Shown here one piece after another: positions 33,701 to 45,157 of a stretch of DNA of 64,000 bases. The stretch is from a virus. Its lineage: Duplodnaviria; Caudoviricetes. The stretch is taken from the IMG/VR virus record IMGVR_UViG_3300020045_010129, positions 2,688 to 66,687 of that record. One strand, written 5' to 3'. The notes beneath the pieces are model-generated. The model was not told the origin of the DNA, did not search any database, and was given only the letters and a program-made list of their open reading frames with translations. Position 1 is the stretch's first letter. Each line of letters starts with the position of its first letter. The position numbers and the translations under genes are program-made.

Positions 33701-35377
33701 AATAAGCTAAATTACTATTGTTACCTTGAATATTCATAGGCTTTTTTAAATCTATTTCAAACTGTGTCATAATAATAAGTATTAAAGATTAATATTGTTT
33801 AGTTTGTTATTTCGCGAAAATTAAAGGACAAAAATATAATCTTTACCTTGATGCACATTATATATTGAGTCAAATTTTTTAGTTTTATCTAATTTGTTAT
33901 AATTATCTAAAGTAAACAAATGTACTTCACAATTATTGATTAAATTAGTTATTTTACTATCTAATTTTAGTTTGTCAATACCATTAATAAATGATTCTAA
34001 AGTACTGGAATAACTGAATAGTATATGTAGTTCGTTATTGTCTTTAAAGTAGTTTAAAAAAGCATTATCAACCCCGTAATAATCTACAATCATATTATAT
34101 AATTCTTGACTGTTTAAGATTGATTTTTGCCAACGTGTTGGGCTTTCGCCTCTTACTTTATAGACTAATAAAAAACCACCGCCATAAAGATTATAAATTT
34201 TGTGCTTGTTTGATATTAAGTTCATAACTATATTATTTTAAAGGTTAATATTGTTTTCTGTTTTTATTTGTTTTGCCCGAAATTTAATGATTATACACTA
34301 AATTGTTACTCTCACAGAACTTAATTACTTTATCTTTTAAAGGTTGTTCTATGTGAGAAGCATTTAAAAAATGTGAAACTGCTTGAATACCTCCACCGCT
34401 TTCAATTTCCGCTACATTGTTTATGTGATTTTTTGGCGTTCCTAAACTCCCCATTTTACCACTAACTAAAGTATATCTTTCGTTTGTACTCTTTGAAATT
34501 CCTAATCTAATATTGATACTTTCCATAATAATATAATTTAAAGGTTAATATTTAGTGCCGTTTGTTAAACGAATAACAATAAATAAAATCGGGCGAAAAA
34601 AGAATTGAAACAAAACTTTTAAAACCCATCTTAAACGGCTAATATTTTTAAGACTGTTCAAAGGATTACGCTTTAAGTAGTCAACTCATTCATTTAGTTA
34701 GTTAAGTTATTTATGATACTGCTATTCGACAAAGGTAACAAACCCACAAGCCTTTTAAATCAGTTCTTTCTCGCACCCTTCAATCGCCCTACGGCTTTAT
34801 GTGATACTCAACTGATAACCTCAATATTTCAAATAACTTTCATTCTTATTACTTATACAAATGTCCGAATAAAATAATTAAAATAAAAGTTGCATAGTAA
34901 AAAACATTTTCGTATATGCTTATTTTAATCAGATTATAAAAGAACTTGTAACAATTGTTAGATTGTAATACTCTGCCCTAACAACTATACAAAGGAACGG
35001 TAAAGAAATATATAAAACAAGTAAAATAAATTAGGATATTAAATAATAAAGTTGTATTACGTGCGCACGTTCCTATTACATGCCACAAAAAAGATAAAAA
35101 CAGAAAACGCAATTAAATTAATAATATTAAATACTACACAAAATGCCCGAAAAAAGAAATAAGACAGAAGTAAATATAAATACACACTTTTAAAATACTC
35201 GATAGATAAGTAGATAGATAAGTACAAAAGACTAAAATAAAACTTCAAAAAATAGTTTTGAAAAAATGCGTTTTAAGGAGAAACAAACCAAAAGTGATAC
35301 AACACCCCCGAGTACCCCAAAAAGACGTTAACTCGCTGGGAGTCAAATGATTAGGTGGTAAAAGAGGGGGGTCTGTA

Positions 35378-35413
35378 AAATAAAAAACCCTCCAAAAACA
35401 AGGAGGGGGGGTT
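35378..35413 (-). terminator. Intrinsic terminator downstream of the HNH gene
   Basis: Minus-strand hairpin C-run-UCC/GGAGGG followed by UUUUUUAUUUU. Confidence 0.65.
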
Positions 35414-35431
35414 AAATAAGAAGTACTTACT

Positions 35432-36523
35432 CTAAAAAGTGAACCACGTTTTATAATTTCTCACACTTGCAATAGTTTTAATATCGCAGTTAAATATTTT
35501 TGCTAGTTTTTCATTAGACGTATTTTCATATTTTCCAAACCTTATTTCATTAACTATATCCCATGACATTACATTTCGTCTCATATTTCTATTATTTTCT
35601 GCGTGAGATAATAATCTACAATTATCAACCGAATAGTTTCCATCATTGTTTTCTCTATCAATCTGCAACTTACAATCAATAGTATATCCTTCACTTACCA
35701 TCCACTCACAAAATTTATCAAGTGTATCAAAAGATTCTTCTATTCTTATACCTCGACCTCCATAATTTTTATAGTCTTTAGAGTTAGGGTTGTTACATCT
35801 ATCTTTCATTCCTCCATAAACTCCCGAGATTCTATTTCTAAGAGCTCTATCTTCCTCAGATACTTTATTTCTCTTTTCTTCATATGCACACTTAGTACAC
35901 TGTTTAGATTGACTTACATTATCTAACACAGATTCTTTGATATAGCCACATTTGCATTGAGCTCTTACAGTTCTTATTATTTCTCTGTTCTCATTTCTTT
36001 TTGCGGAAACTTGTTCGATAATTTTCCAATTATGTAGTTCTCGTTGGTTCATCTGTTCTAAACTCATTTCAGGAATAGGGCTGTCAACTGAGACATTATG
36101 ATATCCTGTTTTATGTTCAATCATACAGCCACAACTCTTACTACTTCCTGTTCTAAGAGAGGAAAGCATTAAATCTTTTTCTACTCCACAAACACATTTA
36201 GCTAAAACTTTTCTCATCTTACTTCCGTCTGAAGATGTATAAGGCTCTACTTCAGATATAATAGTCCAATGATTATAAACATTTTCTTTTTCTATGTCAA
36301 CTATCTTACTCGTATTTAAGCACCCACAGGATTTGATTTTACCCTTTTTTATAGATTTATAACCTATCTCTTTTTCATTCCCACATTCACACAGAACTTT
36401 AACCATTTTATAGTAAGTTCCCCCTAATTTTTTACTAGGTAAGTTTTCAATGATAGTAAGTTTATTGTAGATTTCTCCAATAACATCCTTCACTCTAGGA
36501 TTTAATTTTTTAATTTCGCCCAT
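35432..36523 (-). CDS. HNH homing endonuclease-like protein with tandem Cys-rich DNA-binding repeats
   Basis: Repeated V.C.CECG / AKCVCG / AQCKCG ... KSCGC units; MKDRCNNP, YGGRGI, IDRENNDGNYSVDNCR. Confidence 0.8.
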   Translation of the reverse strand: MGEIKKLNPRVKDVIGEIYNKLTIIENLPSKKLGGTYYKMVKVLCECGNEKEIGYKSIKKGKIKSCGCLNTSKIVDIEKENVYNHWTIISEVEPYTSSDGSKMRKVLAKCVCGVEKDLMLSSLRTGSSKSCGCMIEHKTGYHNVSVDSPIPEMSLEQMNQRELHNWKIIEQVSAKRNENREIIRTVRAQCKCGYIKESVLDNVSQSKQCTKCAYEEKRNKVSEEDRALRNRISGVYGGMKDRCNNPNSKDYKNYGGRGIRIEESFDTLDKFCEWMVSEGYTIDCKLQIDRENNDGNYSVDNCRLLSHAENNRNMRRNVMSWDIVNEIRFGKYENTSNEKLAKIFNCDIKTIASVRNYKTWFTF

Positions 36524-36667
36524 AATCTATTTATTTTATAATATAAAAGCCCCAACGTTCACCTGTGCGGAGGTTACTAGCTAGAGCTGTCTTTTTGATG
36601 TTTTGTCTGTGTTGTTGCGCCTAATCGCTTTTCTTTAACTTAATACCGCACGTCTTAAATTAAAGTG

Positions 36668-36698
36668 TAAATATACGACTTTTATTAATAGCTTCCAA
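36668..36698 (-). promoter_or_regulatory. Host-type promoter for the HNH gene leader
   Basis: TTG-N20-TATATTTA. Confidence 0.6.
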
Positions 36699-38528
36699 AT
36701 TAATTCTATTGGTTGTGATTTATTTTTCCCGCCGACTTGGTTTAAAGAATACCCTACACTATGTAGAGGACATTGTTTTTAAGCCTTGTAATGAATTATT
36801 TAGTAAAAGTGATAGTTGTATATACCTGAAGTAATTATCGTGGCTTAAATAGTTTATTTTAAGTTACTAGCAATCTTCTGAAAGTGATGTGATAAAATAT
36901 AACTTTGCCTAGAATACACAATCTTAATATTTTCACAGGCTTATTAGTGGAGAAGTTTATCTTATTTATAATTCTTATGTTAAATATACTATTCATTTTA
37001 TGTCTAATACTGAGGGTTATTATTATTCATAATTGTCACTTGTAATTGATTCACCATATTTCTTGAGATGTTTTCAAAGTAAGTGTTTATTGCTAATGGT
37101 ATTGCACTTTTAATTAAATCTTCTGTTTTATTTTTTATTGCGCCGTTTTCATCAATCATTTGACCGCTGAAATAATCTTTAATAGTTTCTTCTTTTAATT
37201 TGTCGGCGACCATCCCTACCATAACTTGATATACTATGGAACGAATTGGACTCATATTTTCAGAAACAGATAGTTCTGTATAATGCCCTCTGCTGTAATC
37301 GTGTTTGCGCTCAACTTTAAAAAAGCATTTTGTGTCCTCGTCAAAAAAGCTGTCTATTTCTTTCTTTACAATTTCATCTAACTCTTCATCTGTTAGAAGA
37401 TTTACAAACTGTTCTTTAATTCTCTCTGTTAATTTTTCTGTTATGTTCATTTTATAATTCGTTATATAGTTTACTTAATTCTTCTTGTTTTTTGGCTATC
37501 AGTTTTTTCTTCTGTTTATATTCTTTTTGCCGATTTTTAAATTCTTGTATTTCTTCAGAGGTGGCAAAACGGAAAGAGCGTGTTGATTTCTCTTCTAAAG
37601 CTGTGAAGTGATTCCATTCTCCTTTGTAAGTCTCTAAACTCCAACAATTATAACTCTCCTTATATTTATGCACTTTAAAAACACCCTCTTCACCACACTG
37701 ATTTATATAATACTCACACCAACGCTTTCCTTTCACAGGTTCTTCTCTGCTTATCTTATAAACAAAATCCCCTGCTTTTACTTTACTTAAATCAATTGGC
37801 TCTATGCTATCATACAATTCTTTAGCTTTTGAATAGTCTTGTATTTTATAAGGTTTTTCTTTGCGGGCTTTTTTAATTACAGAAGCTGCTAGATTACGTA
37901 TTAAGCATCCTTTAGTTTTATAAGCTGTTTTAGTTATTTTCAACATATTTTCTATGTTTAGGTCTTTATTTACCTTTTGTTTTTTATTTTCCCGCCAAAG
38001 AAAAATAAAATTTCTAATTCTTGTTGTCAGGTTCATAATTTATTATTCTTTTTAGTATTTCTTGCCTTTCTTTATCAAACTCTTCTTTTTCAATTTTTCT
38101 TCCCGCCTCACCTAAATAAAACTGTTTAAATTCATATGGTGGATTTTCAGAAGTACACTCATCTTCATAGATTTTTATAGAGTAGTTATTTCCAAAATTA
38201 TTCAATGTTTCCATTTTATATTTTGTATAGCCGTCTTCATCAGTTTCTTCTATTATCATCTTATAGCTCCTCAACTGTATGTCAAAATAATAAATTCCTG
38301 CTTTTACTTCAATTTCTTCTGTTACTACTTCTTTAGTTTTTGTTATTTTCATGCGCTCTGCTTTACAAGGTTTCCGTTACTATTACCATAATGTTTTTAT
38401 CTGCTATGTTCTTTTCTCCCCAACTTCTTAACTTTTTCTCCGCCAAATCTTTATCTTCAGCTTGAATTAGTTTATGCACTTCAAACCATACAGTGTTAGG
38501 TCTGTATTTTATTAATCCTAAATAGTAT

Positions 38529-38969
38529 TTATTTTGCATAATATCCTTTTAATTGTTTTACTCTTTGTTCTATATGTTCTGTTATCCAATTATATTCTTG
38601 TTTTTCAACCTTCTTTCCGCCATATTCATAATAATGTTTCAACGGTAAGTTTATTGATTCAGCAACCCACTTAGGTTTTGTTTTCAGTTTTAAATCAATA
38701 GCTTTACAAATACAATTTTTAAATTCTTCATCTGATAACTGTTGTAACTTTTCACTTTCTTTCCCTAACTTTTTCGCCGAAAATCCATGAAGCTCTCTAA
38801 GTTTATCATTTAAAGTTGTAAGCCAATACCAATAACCTTCAACAGAATTAAACCATCCATGTTCTGTTTGAATCGGTGCGTAAGAAAAATTAGACATCCA
38901 TTTTCCTATTTCTGTTTTGCCTTTAGAGTAAATGTTTATGTGATGAATTCCGTCTATATCCTCTTCCAT
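38529..38969 (-). CDS. NADAR-superfamily protein (T4 gp30.3-like)
   Basis: WMSNFSYAPI...FNSVEGYW and AKKLG resemble the NADAR SNF / (T/S)VE motifs. Confidence 0.55.
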   Translation of the reverse strand: MEEDIDGIHHINIYSKGKTEIGKWMSNFSYAPIQTEHGWFNSVEGYWYWLTTLNDKLRELHGFSAKKLGKESEKLQQLSDEEFKNCICKAIDLKLKTKPKWVAESINLPLKHYYEYGGKKVEKQEYNWITEHIEQRVKQLKGYYAK

Positions 38970-40715
38970 TAGTTTACTTCGTTTTTGCGCAAAAAGGTTA
39001 AGAACAGAAAGTTTCTAAATCAACAGCATTAAGTATAGAGTCTTTATCAACAATTGCTCTAGCTACTTGTCCTGGTGTAAAATGTATTGATGCTTTAGCT
39101 TTTTCCACCACTATCTCTAATAACTCTTTGCACTTTAATTTAGCATATTCTTGCATAAGCTCTACAGATTCTTCGTCAACGTATCCAAACTTCTCCTCAA
39201 ATGTTTCTTTTACTGTCATAATTATACCGCTTTAAAAATTTGTAAAATCGTATGTACATTCATATGTTCACTATCTAAAATATAAACTCCTTTCTCATTG
39301 TCCCACTTCATAGATAGTTGACCAAACCCTTTATTTTCATCTTCCCATTCTATTAGAAGATTATCGTTGTCTTTATTTATTATTTGTGCTGTCATTTTAT
39401 TTCAGTTTCTTTTCTTCGCCAAAATCTATCAGCACCGTTCCAACACTTGAATATAACCCAACTTTACGAGTTGTTTCTCCATTTTTGTCTATTAAATAAG
39501 CTATAGAACCACAACAAGGAGTGCTTCCCCACCAATTATCATACTGTTGTTTACATACGTTGCATTCTACTGTAAATTTTTCTTTATTTTCCATATTGCT
39601 CTAATGCTTCCTTAAATTCTTTTTCCGCCCACTCCATTCTCTGTTTTAATTCTTCTAAATGTTTTTTCTCGGCTTCTTCTTTTTCGGCGGGAGATAAAAC
39701 AAACTTGGCGAGAGATATATTTATTGGATGATTATCTAAACACCAAGTATACCACATAAATAGCTGATGCTTTGTTACATTATGTTTGTAACAATCTAAA
39801 ACATCACTGAAACTGAAAAAATAATCAGCAAATTCAAATACTCCACCAACCTCGTCAGCTACCCAACTAAAATCTGCTTCTTCGTCATCAGGAATCTCAA
39901 AATATTCTCGAATAAAAATATCTGTTATATCTTCTGTGAGTAATTTCCATTTATTTATCTGCCTCATTTGTGTTTATTTTTTAGATATTCAACAACTTTA
40001 TTCACATTACTGCTATAAGGTTGGAATGGATTCATCATTGATGTCCATATTTGAAATGCTGTTTGGAATTCCTTTAAATCTATTTTTGAATCTTTTTCTT
40101 CGCGAAAATATTCATACAATAAAACTGTCGGTGTATGTCCACTTCTTGCTTCTATTTCTTTAAATCGCTCGTTTGTCATACTCTGTTTCTATAATGTTTA
40201 AAAGGATTGTTATTATTTCTTTTGGCGAAAAATGTACCTTATTTTCTAAATCGTCTGCTATTCTATCTATTGTGTCCATATACTTATTGTATATTTCTTC
40301 TTTTTGTTCAGGCGTGAATCTCATTTCTTTACTAACTTATGGTTTTCCCACTTAAATTCTCCTATAACTTCACCCTTTTTAATAGTGTTTTTCTTTGCAA
40401 TATTTAAAAAATCAGATAAATAAATTTCCAAAGTAAATCCTTCAGGATGTATAACGGTAGCCCAATTTTGGCTCATTCCAAATCTCCATTTCTCTAACTT
40501 CCATCCTTTTCTAAAAGTTTCTTCAAATACATAAGTTGGTAGTTCTTCTGTTGGTTGGTAACGATTAACTCCCCACTCTTTAAAAGCTTTTGGAACTGAA
40601 CCGTCTTTATTAAACTTTGTTAAAAATCCTGTTTCACTTGTATACTTATCAGCAGGTCTAATTTTAAGTAAATATTGACCATCTTCTAATTTAATTCCTT
40701 CTTTATATAACTTCA

Positions 40716-41444
40716 TCATTTAGCCACACTATAACCCACAAAAGCACCGATGGCTACTCCCACAGGAATTAATATTTTATTTAAGAAACTTTTTGTTTTT
40801 AATTTCTTATTCTGCTTCTCTAGGTTTTTTATATTTTCTTCTGCGGATTTTTGCAGTTCTTTATCTGCCTCAATTGTTTTTTCGGCGGAAAAAATTAAAA
40901 CAGACAAATCTTCTTTATCTTTATTCAAATTAACAATCTCAACATCCTTATTCTTTAACTGCTCATCTTTTAAAGGGATAATCTCTTCACATTTAAATCC
41001 TTCCTCTAAGTTGGTGATTATCGCCGTAGAAGTAGTAAGTCCTAAACCAACCTTATCTTCAACAACAGCATTTTCATCTGTTTTATATTGTGTATTATAA
41101 TAAGCAACAGAAGAAGTTAAATCATTTGGTACTTTTACAACTCGTTTTTTAATTCCGTCGATTTTATCTTGTAGAGTTCTATCTCTAAGTCTTAACCTTT
41201 TATTTTCTTCTTCGCGCGATGTAATGGCTTTAGTTAGAGAATCTTTCTCTTTCTTTCTAAACTGTTCTAATAAAATTACATTCTCTTTCTGAGCTTTATA
41301 TTGCTGTTTTAAAATAGTGTATTCTCCTTGTAGTTCTTGAAGCTTATTATTATTCCAATTGTAGAATATTATGAATGCAATAGCTAATAAAGCTATAATT
41401 ATTTGATGTTTGTAAGCTTTCGCCTGTTGTTTTACTTTTTCCAT
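40716..41444 (-). CDS. Membrane-anchored coiled-coil protein (possibly spanin-like)
   Basis: N-terminal TM (IIIALLAIAFIIFY), long heptad-rich middle, C-terminal hydrophobic tail. Confidence 0.4.
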   Translation of the reverse strand: MEKVKQQAKAYKHQIIIALLAIAFIIFYNWNNNKLQELQGEYTILKQQYKAQKENVILLEQFRKKEKDSLTKAITSREEENKRLRLRDRTLQDKIDGIKKRVVKVPNDLTSSVAYYNTQYKTDENAVVEDKVGLGLTTSTAIITNLEEGFKCEEIIPLKDEQLKNKDVEIVNLNKDKEDLSVLIFSAEKTIEADKELQKSAEENIKNLEKQNKKLKTKSFLNKILIPVGVAIGAFVGYSVAK

Positions 41445-42678
41445 TTTTATTTGTTTTTATGTTATTTCTATCTTTGTTCCATATTTACTAATTGCAAATT
41501 TTATTAAGTCTTGGTTCTCTGTATCAATAACTTCTTCTAAATCCACAGGTTTTTTATTTTTATCCCATCTATCTTTATATAAATATATTTTACTATCGTC
41601 CATATTACAGTAAAAATAATTTTTTGGTAACCCTGTCTTTTTAGATAAGATTTCCCATAATTTTGGGAGATATTTTTCCATTATTTATTACAATATTTAC
41701 AATTATCCTTTTCTTTTACGTTTTGATGTATGCTCTTATTCTCGTTACAATACCATCGATTTTCATAAGGTATAAATCCTTTCTTTACATCATAATATCC
41801 AGGATTCCAATCTTTATCTTCCATATCAGTTATGTTCTATCGTTCCTAGTATCGGCACATAAGCATTACCTACTACCATTCCTTGTTTTTCTAACCTATT
41901 TTCACTTTTTGGCGGCGAAAAAGGTAAAGAAACAGAAAATTTATAATCCTTAAAAAACTCTATCAAATCTCTTAATTCTTGAATATTAGCATCACCACTT
42001 AGTAGCTCTATTGTTTTTGTTTCTCTATTGATTGTATATTGTATCATTATATTTAACGTTTAAAATTAATAATATCTCACCTTTAACTTCATACCAATAT
42101 TTTAGATTAGGATTTAATTCTCCTCTTCCATCTCCTAAATAAGTATCAATATAATCCCACTGTTCTATAATTTCATCTACTGCCACTATAGCATTATTAA
42201 TAGAATCTTGATAAGTGTCTCCACTCATTTTATCTATTAGCTGTTTAGCTTTATCTATTGTTTTCATATTATTTCATTTTTATACTTTCTAAATAATGTG
42301 TTCTCCATTTAACATCTGCTTCTACAGACTTTATTATCTCAGGAACTACATAATCTATTTCTTCTTGTGTTAGTTTTCTGCCTTTGTCAGGATAACCTAA
42401 AAACCATTCTCCTTTCGTCTCAGAACGTATTCTACCATCAAGACAAACTTCAGCGTCTTTCATTTTAAAATAAGCGCAGAACCATCTGTTTCTAAAACTT
42501 TTTGTACCGCCGTCTCTATAACTGTCGTATTTAGTCATATTTTGTTATTTTATTTTCCGCGCAAATTAAAGGTGTAAAGCCAAGAATAACAACAGAAATT
42601 TTACATCACAAAGATAGTAATAAGTTTTCACACTACCAAACAAAACAGAAATTATTTTAAAATAAAGTGTTAGCACAC

Positions 42679-42712
42679 AAAAAAGGCGGAAACTTACATC
42701 CCCGCCAAAAAA
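42679..42712 (-). terminator. Intrinsic terminator after the GroES-like gene
   Basis: GGCGG/CCGCC stem; reads ...CCGCC-UUUUUU on the minus strand. Confidence 0.55.
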
Positions 42713-42731
42713 AATAAATAACTATGAAAAA

Positions 42732-42971
42732 CTAAACTGTCCTTAAAATCTGTTCTCTATAAATATAACTCTCTCCTGTATACTTACACACATAATTACA
42801 CTCATATTTAATTAAAACTTTGTCCCCAACATCGTAACCTTCTTTATCAGCTTTTTCGCCGAATTGTACTATCTTAACAACTCCTTTAAAAACCCCTACT
42901 TCAGCCATAGCATTTTCCTTAACTAGTTGTGGCTCAACTAATATTAATTCTCCTTCTATTTTAAAACTCAT
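42732..42971 (-). CDS. groS: GroES-like co-chaperonin
   Basis: LILVEP ... KGVVKIVQFG ... YDVGDKVLI ... YREQIL beta-barrel pattern; short mobile loop. Confidence 0.5.
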   Translation of the reverse strand: MSFKIEGELILVEPQLVKENAMAEVGVFKGVVKIVQFGEKADKEGYDVGDKVLIKYECNYVCKYTGESYIYREQILRTV

Positions 42972-43785
42972 AATCTTCGTCTATTACATCTAAATTGTTT
43001 GTAAAACTTTGCTCCATTTCATAAATCTTTTCAAACTCGTGTTTATCCTCAATCCACTCTCCACTCATTTCTGGGTACATCTCTAAAAGTATTCCACTTT
43101 TGAGTAACATATTATATTGTTTGCGCATTGTCATAACTCTTATTTACTAGGATTCTATATAATTCATCGTATTCTTTAACTCCGACCTCACTAAGTGGGC
43201 AATTAATTTGAACTCTAACTCTGTCTGTATCTTTACCGTTTTTAATAATAGCTTTAAAGAATAACTTGTCTTGCACCGATTCAAAAGCTAAGAAAGTGCA
43301 ATTTGGAATAAGCTTTTTCAACTCATTTAAATATTTACTCATTGACAACTTCTAATTTAGATTTATTAGCTTCTTCTTGTTCGGCAATTAAAGTTTCAAA
43401 ACTAATAGCCTTACCTTGCTCAATACCTTGCTCTTGCATATTAAACAATACTTTTCTAGCTTCAATAACTGCTGGACTAATATCTCCGACAAAAGCTTCT
43501 GTTATGTTATTTGCACTCATAAAAGCCAGTGGGTCAAAAACTTTAGATAATTCGCCACTTTCAAACTGTTCTTTAGTTGGATTAGGTACGAATTCTCCAG
43601 CTTTATCGTAATATCTGTAACGTAATGGTCTGACTAATTTAATATTATTTTCAAACATTTCTTCTGCACTGCCAACTAACATTGCAAATTCTTTTCCTGT
43701 AAGTTTAATAGTTATTTCATCATCAGCTCTAAAGCCTGAGTTTAGTGGTGTAAGTTCTTCTTGCATTTATTTTATTGTTAAGTTA

Positions 43786-43859
43786 AACACCTCACACTCA
43801 AAAGAGGAACTTGGAGTCCGCTCTCCCCTAGGAAATGCCCAGAGCTTGTGTGAGGTGTT
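43786..43859. other. Structured intergenic element (12-bp perfect stem with inner helix)
   Basis: AACACCTCACAC (43786-97) / GTGTGAGGTGTT (43848-59); inner GCTCT/AGAGC. Confidence 0.55.
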
Positions 43860-43865
43860 GTTGGT

Positions 43866-44387
43866 TTAGTTATAAATTTCTATTTGTAATTGTTTAATGT
43901 AATTTTCGTGCTTCTCTTTGGTATCTAAAGGTATTCCGTCCAATGTGTTATAAATAAAATTGACCGTATCATATTCTAATTTTCTGTGTAATGTGTTATG
44001 GTCTTTTTCAGTTAATTCAATCACATCTTTGGTGTAGTCTAAATTATAATTCCAATGGTGAAGTTGATTACCTTTTACGCTAGCTTTTAATTCAGTACAC
44101 TTATTTCTAGCAATTATTTTCTCAGGATATTTATTTTTATATCTTTCCTGAATCAGTTTTTTATTCTCAGGAGTTGGTTTATGTACATCTTTATAACCTA
44201 ATCTGTGATATTTATTTCTATGACGCTCTCGTTCTTTTTCAATTCCTTCAGGCGTAGATAATTTAATTAACTCCCTCGCTCTGACATTTGCTTTTACGCA
44301 TTCTTTGCATTTTGAGGGAGTTGTCTCATAAAAATCCTCACTTATATCCTTTTCTAAAAAACATTGGTTACAAGCCTTATGTCCCAT
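43866..44387 (-). CDS. HNH-like endonuclease with N-terminal zinc finger
   Basis: CNQC...KCKEC; QLHHWNY...DHNTLH. Confidence 0.55.
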   Translation of the reverse strand: MGHKACNQCFLEKDISEDFYETTPSKCKECVKANVRARELIKLSTPEGIEKERERHRNKYHRLGYKDVHKPTPENKKLIQERYKNKYPEKIIARNKCTELKASVKGNQLHHWNYNLDYTKDVIELTEKDHNTLHRKLEYDTVNFIYNTLDGIPLDTKEKHENYIKQLQIEIYN

Positions 44388-44389
44388 TT

Positions 44390-45157
44390 TTAAAAAGGTA
44401 GTGAATCAGGCTCATTTTCCTTACCAATAGGCTCAGTCAATTCTACTTTTCCTTTTACAGGAGCTTCTTGTGGTTTTGGTGCGGGAGTTTGAGTAGGAAT
44501 GTTGTTAAAAATAGCAGAGAATTCTTCATACAAGAAGTCAACTCTTCTAACTCTACTTGTTACCATTTCACCTTCGGCATTTTGAACTCTTTCTGTTTTT
44601 GGTAGTTCTTTGCCGTTTACCGTGTAATTATTATCTTTATTGTATTTTTGTCCAATCTTTTTTCCGCCAACTTGGATAGAAACTCCTTGATTATAGAATT
44701 TAAAATCTTTACCTTGGTCGTCTTTAGATTCTGAAGGAATAGCATACGGAAAGAAGTAAACACTGTCACTAGGCTTTGTTAAAATCAATCTCCCTAATAA
44801 ATTTTCTGTGTACTTTCCATAATATTTACATTGTAGTGTACTCGCGTCTCCATCTGTATCAATAATCTCTAATACAAAATTAGTTCCCTTATCTGTCTTT
44901 ACTTTATCAAATCCTACAATGTTACCTGTAATACTATCATTAAAAACTGTGTAAGGTCTTTCACCTGTGCCTTTATTTACATATTTATTACGTAAATCAA
45001 TTTGCTCAACCTTATCCATTTTAGATTTTAAATCTGTTTCTTTGATTTCTTCAAAACCTGCTGGAATTTCTTTTTGTTTGGAAGATAATTTCCCATAAGA
45101 AAAATTATAATAGTTTTTTCTACCGCTTCCTGTGTTCTCTGCATTTGATGCTGCCAT
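44390..45157 (-). CDS. Probable single-stranded DNA-binding protein
   Basis: Beta-rich core, Pro/Gln-rich linker and acidic tail ending DSLPF; replication/recombination context. Confidence 0.55.
   Translation of the reverse strand: MAASNAENTGSGRKNYYNFSYGKLSSKQKEIPAGFEEIKETDLKSKMDKVEQIDLRNKYVNKGTGERPYTVFNDSITGNIVGFDKVKTDKGTNFVLEIIDTDGDASTLQCKYYGKYTENLLGRLILTKPSDSVYFFPYAIPSESKDDQGKDFKFYNQGVSIQVGGKKIGQKYNKDNNYTVNGKELPKTERVQNAEGEMVTSRVRRVDFLYEEFSAIFNNIPTQTPAPKPQEAPVKGKVELTEPIGKENEPDSLPF

Larger units (their letters stand above)
20535..34526 (-). other. Large array of mostly 60-180 aa orphan CDSs (probable early / host-takeover region)
   Basis: Dozens of co-oriented short ORFs with A-rich leaders (often TTAACCTTTAAA) and several TAnnTTTG boxes (e.g. 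22690, 31215); almost no recognisable domains. Confidence 0.7.
37004..43766 (-). other. Array of small-to-medium hypothetical CDSs
   Basis: Co-oriented packed ORFs; members with a functional call are listed separately. Confidence 0.65.

Noticed and set aside
36700-37000. Replication origin in this 300-bp non-coding gap
   Set aside because: No iterons, dyads or other supporting structure were seen.
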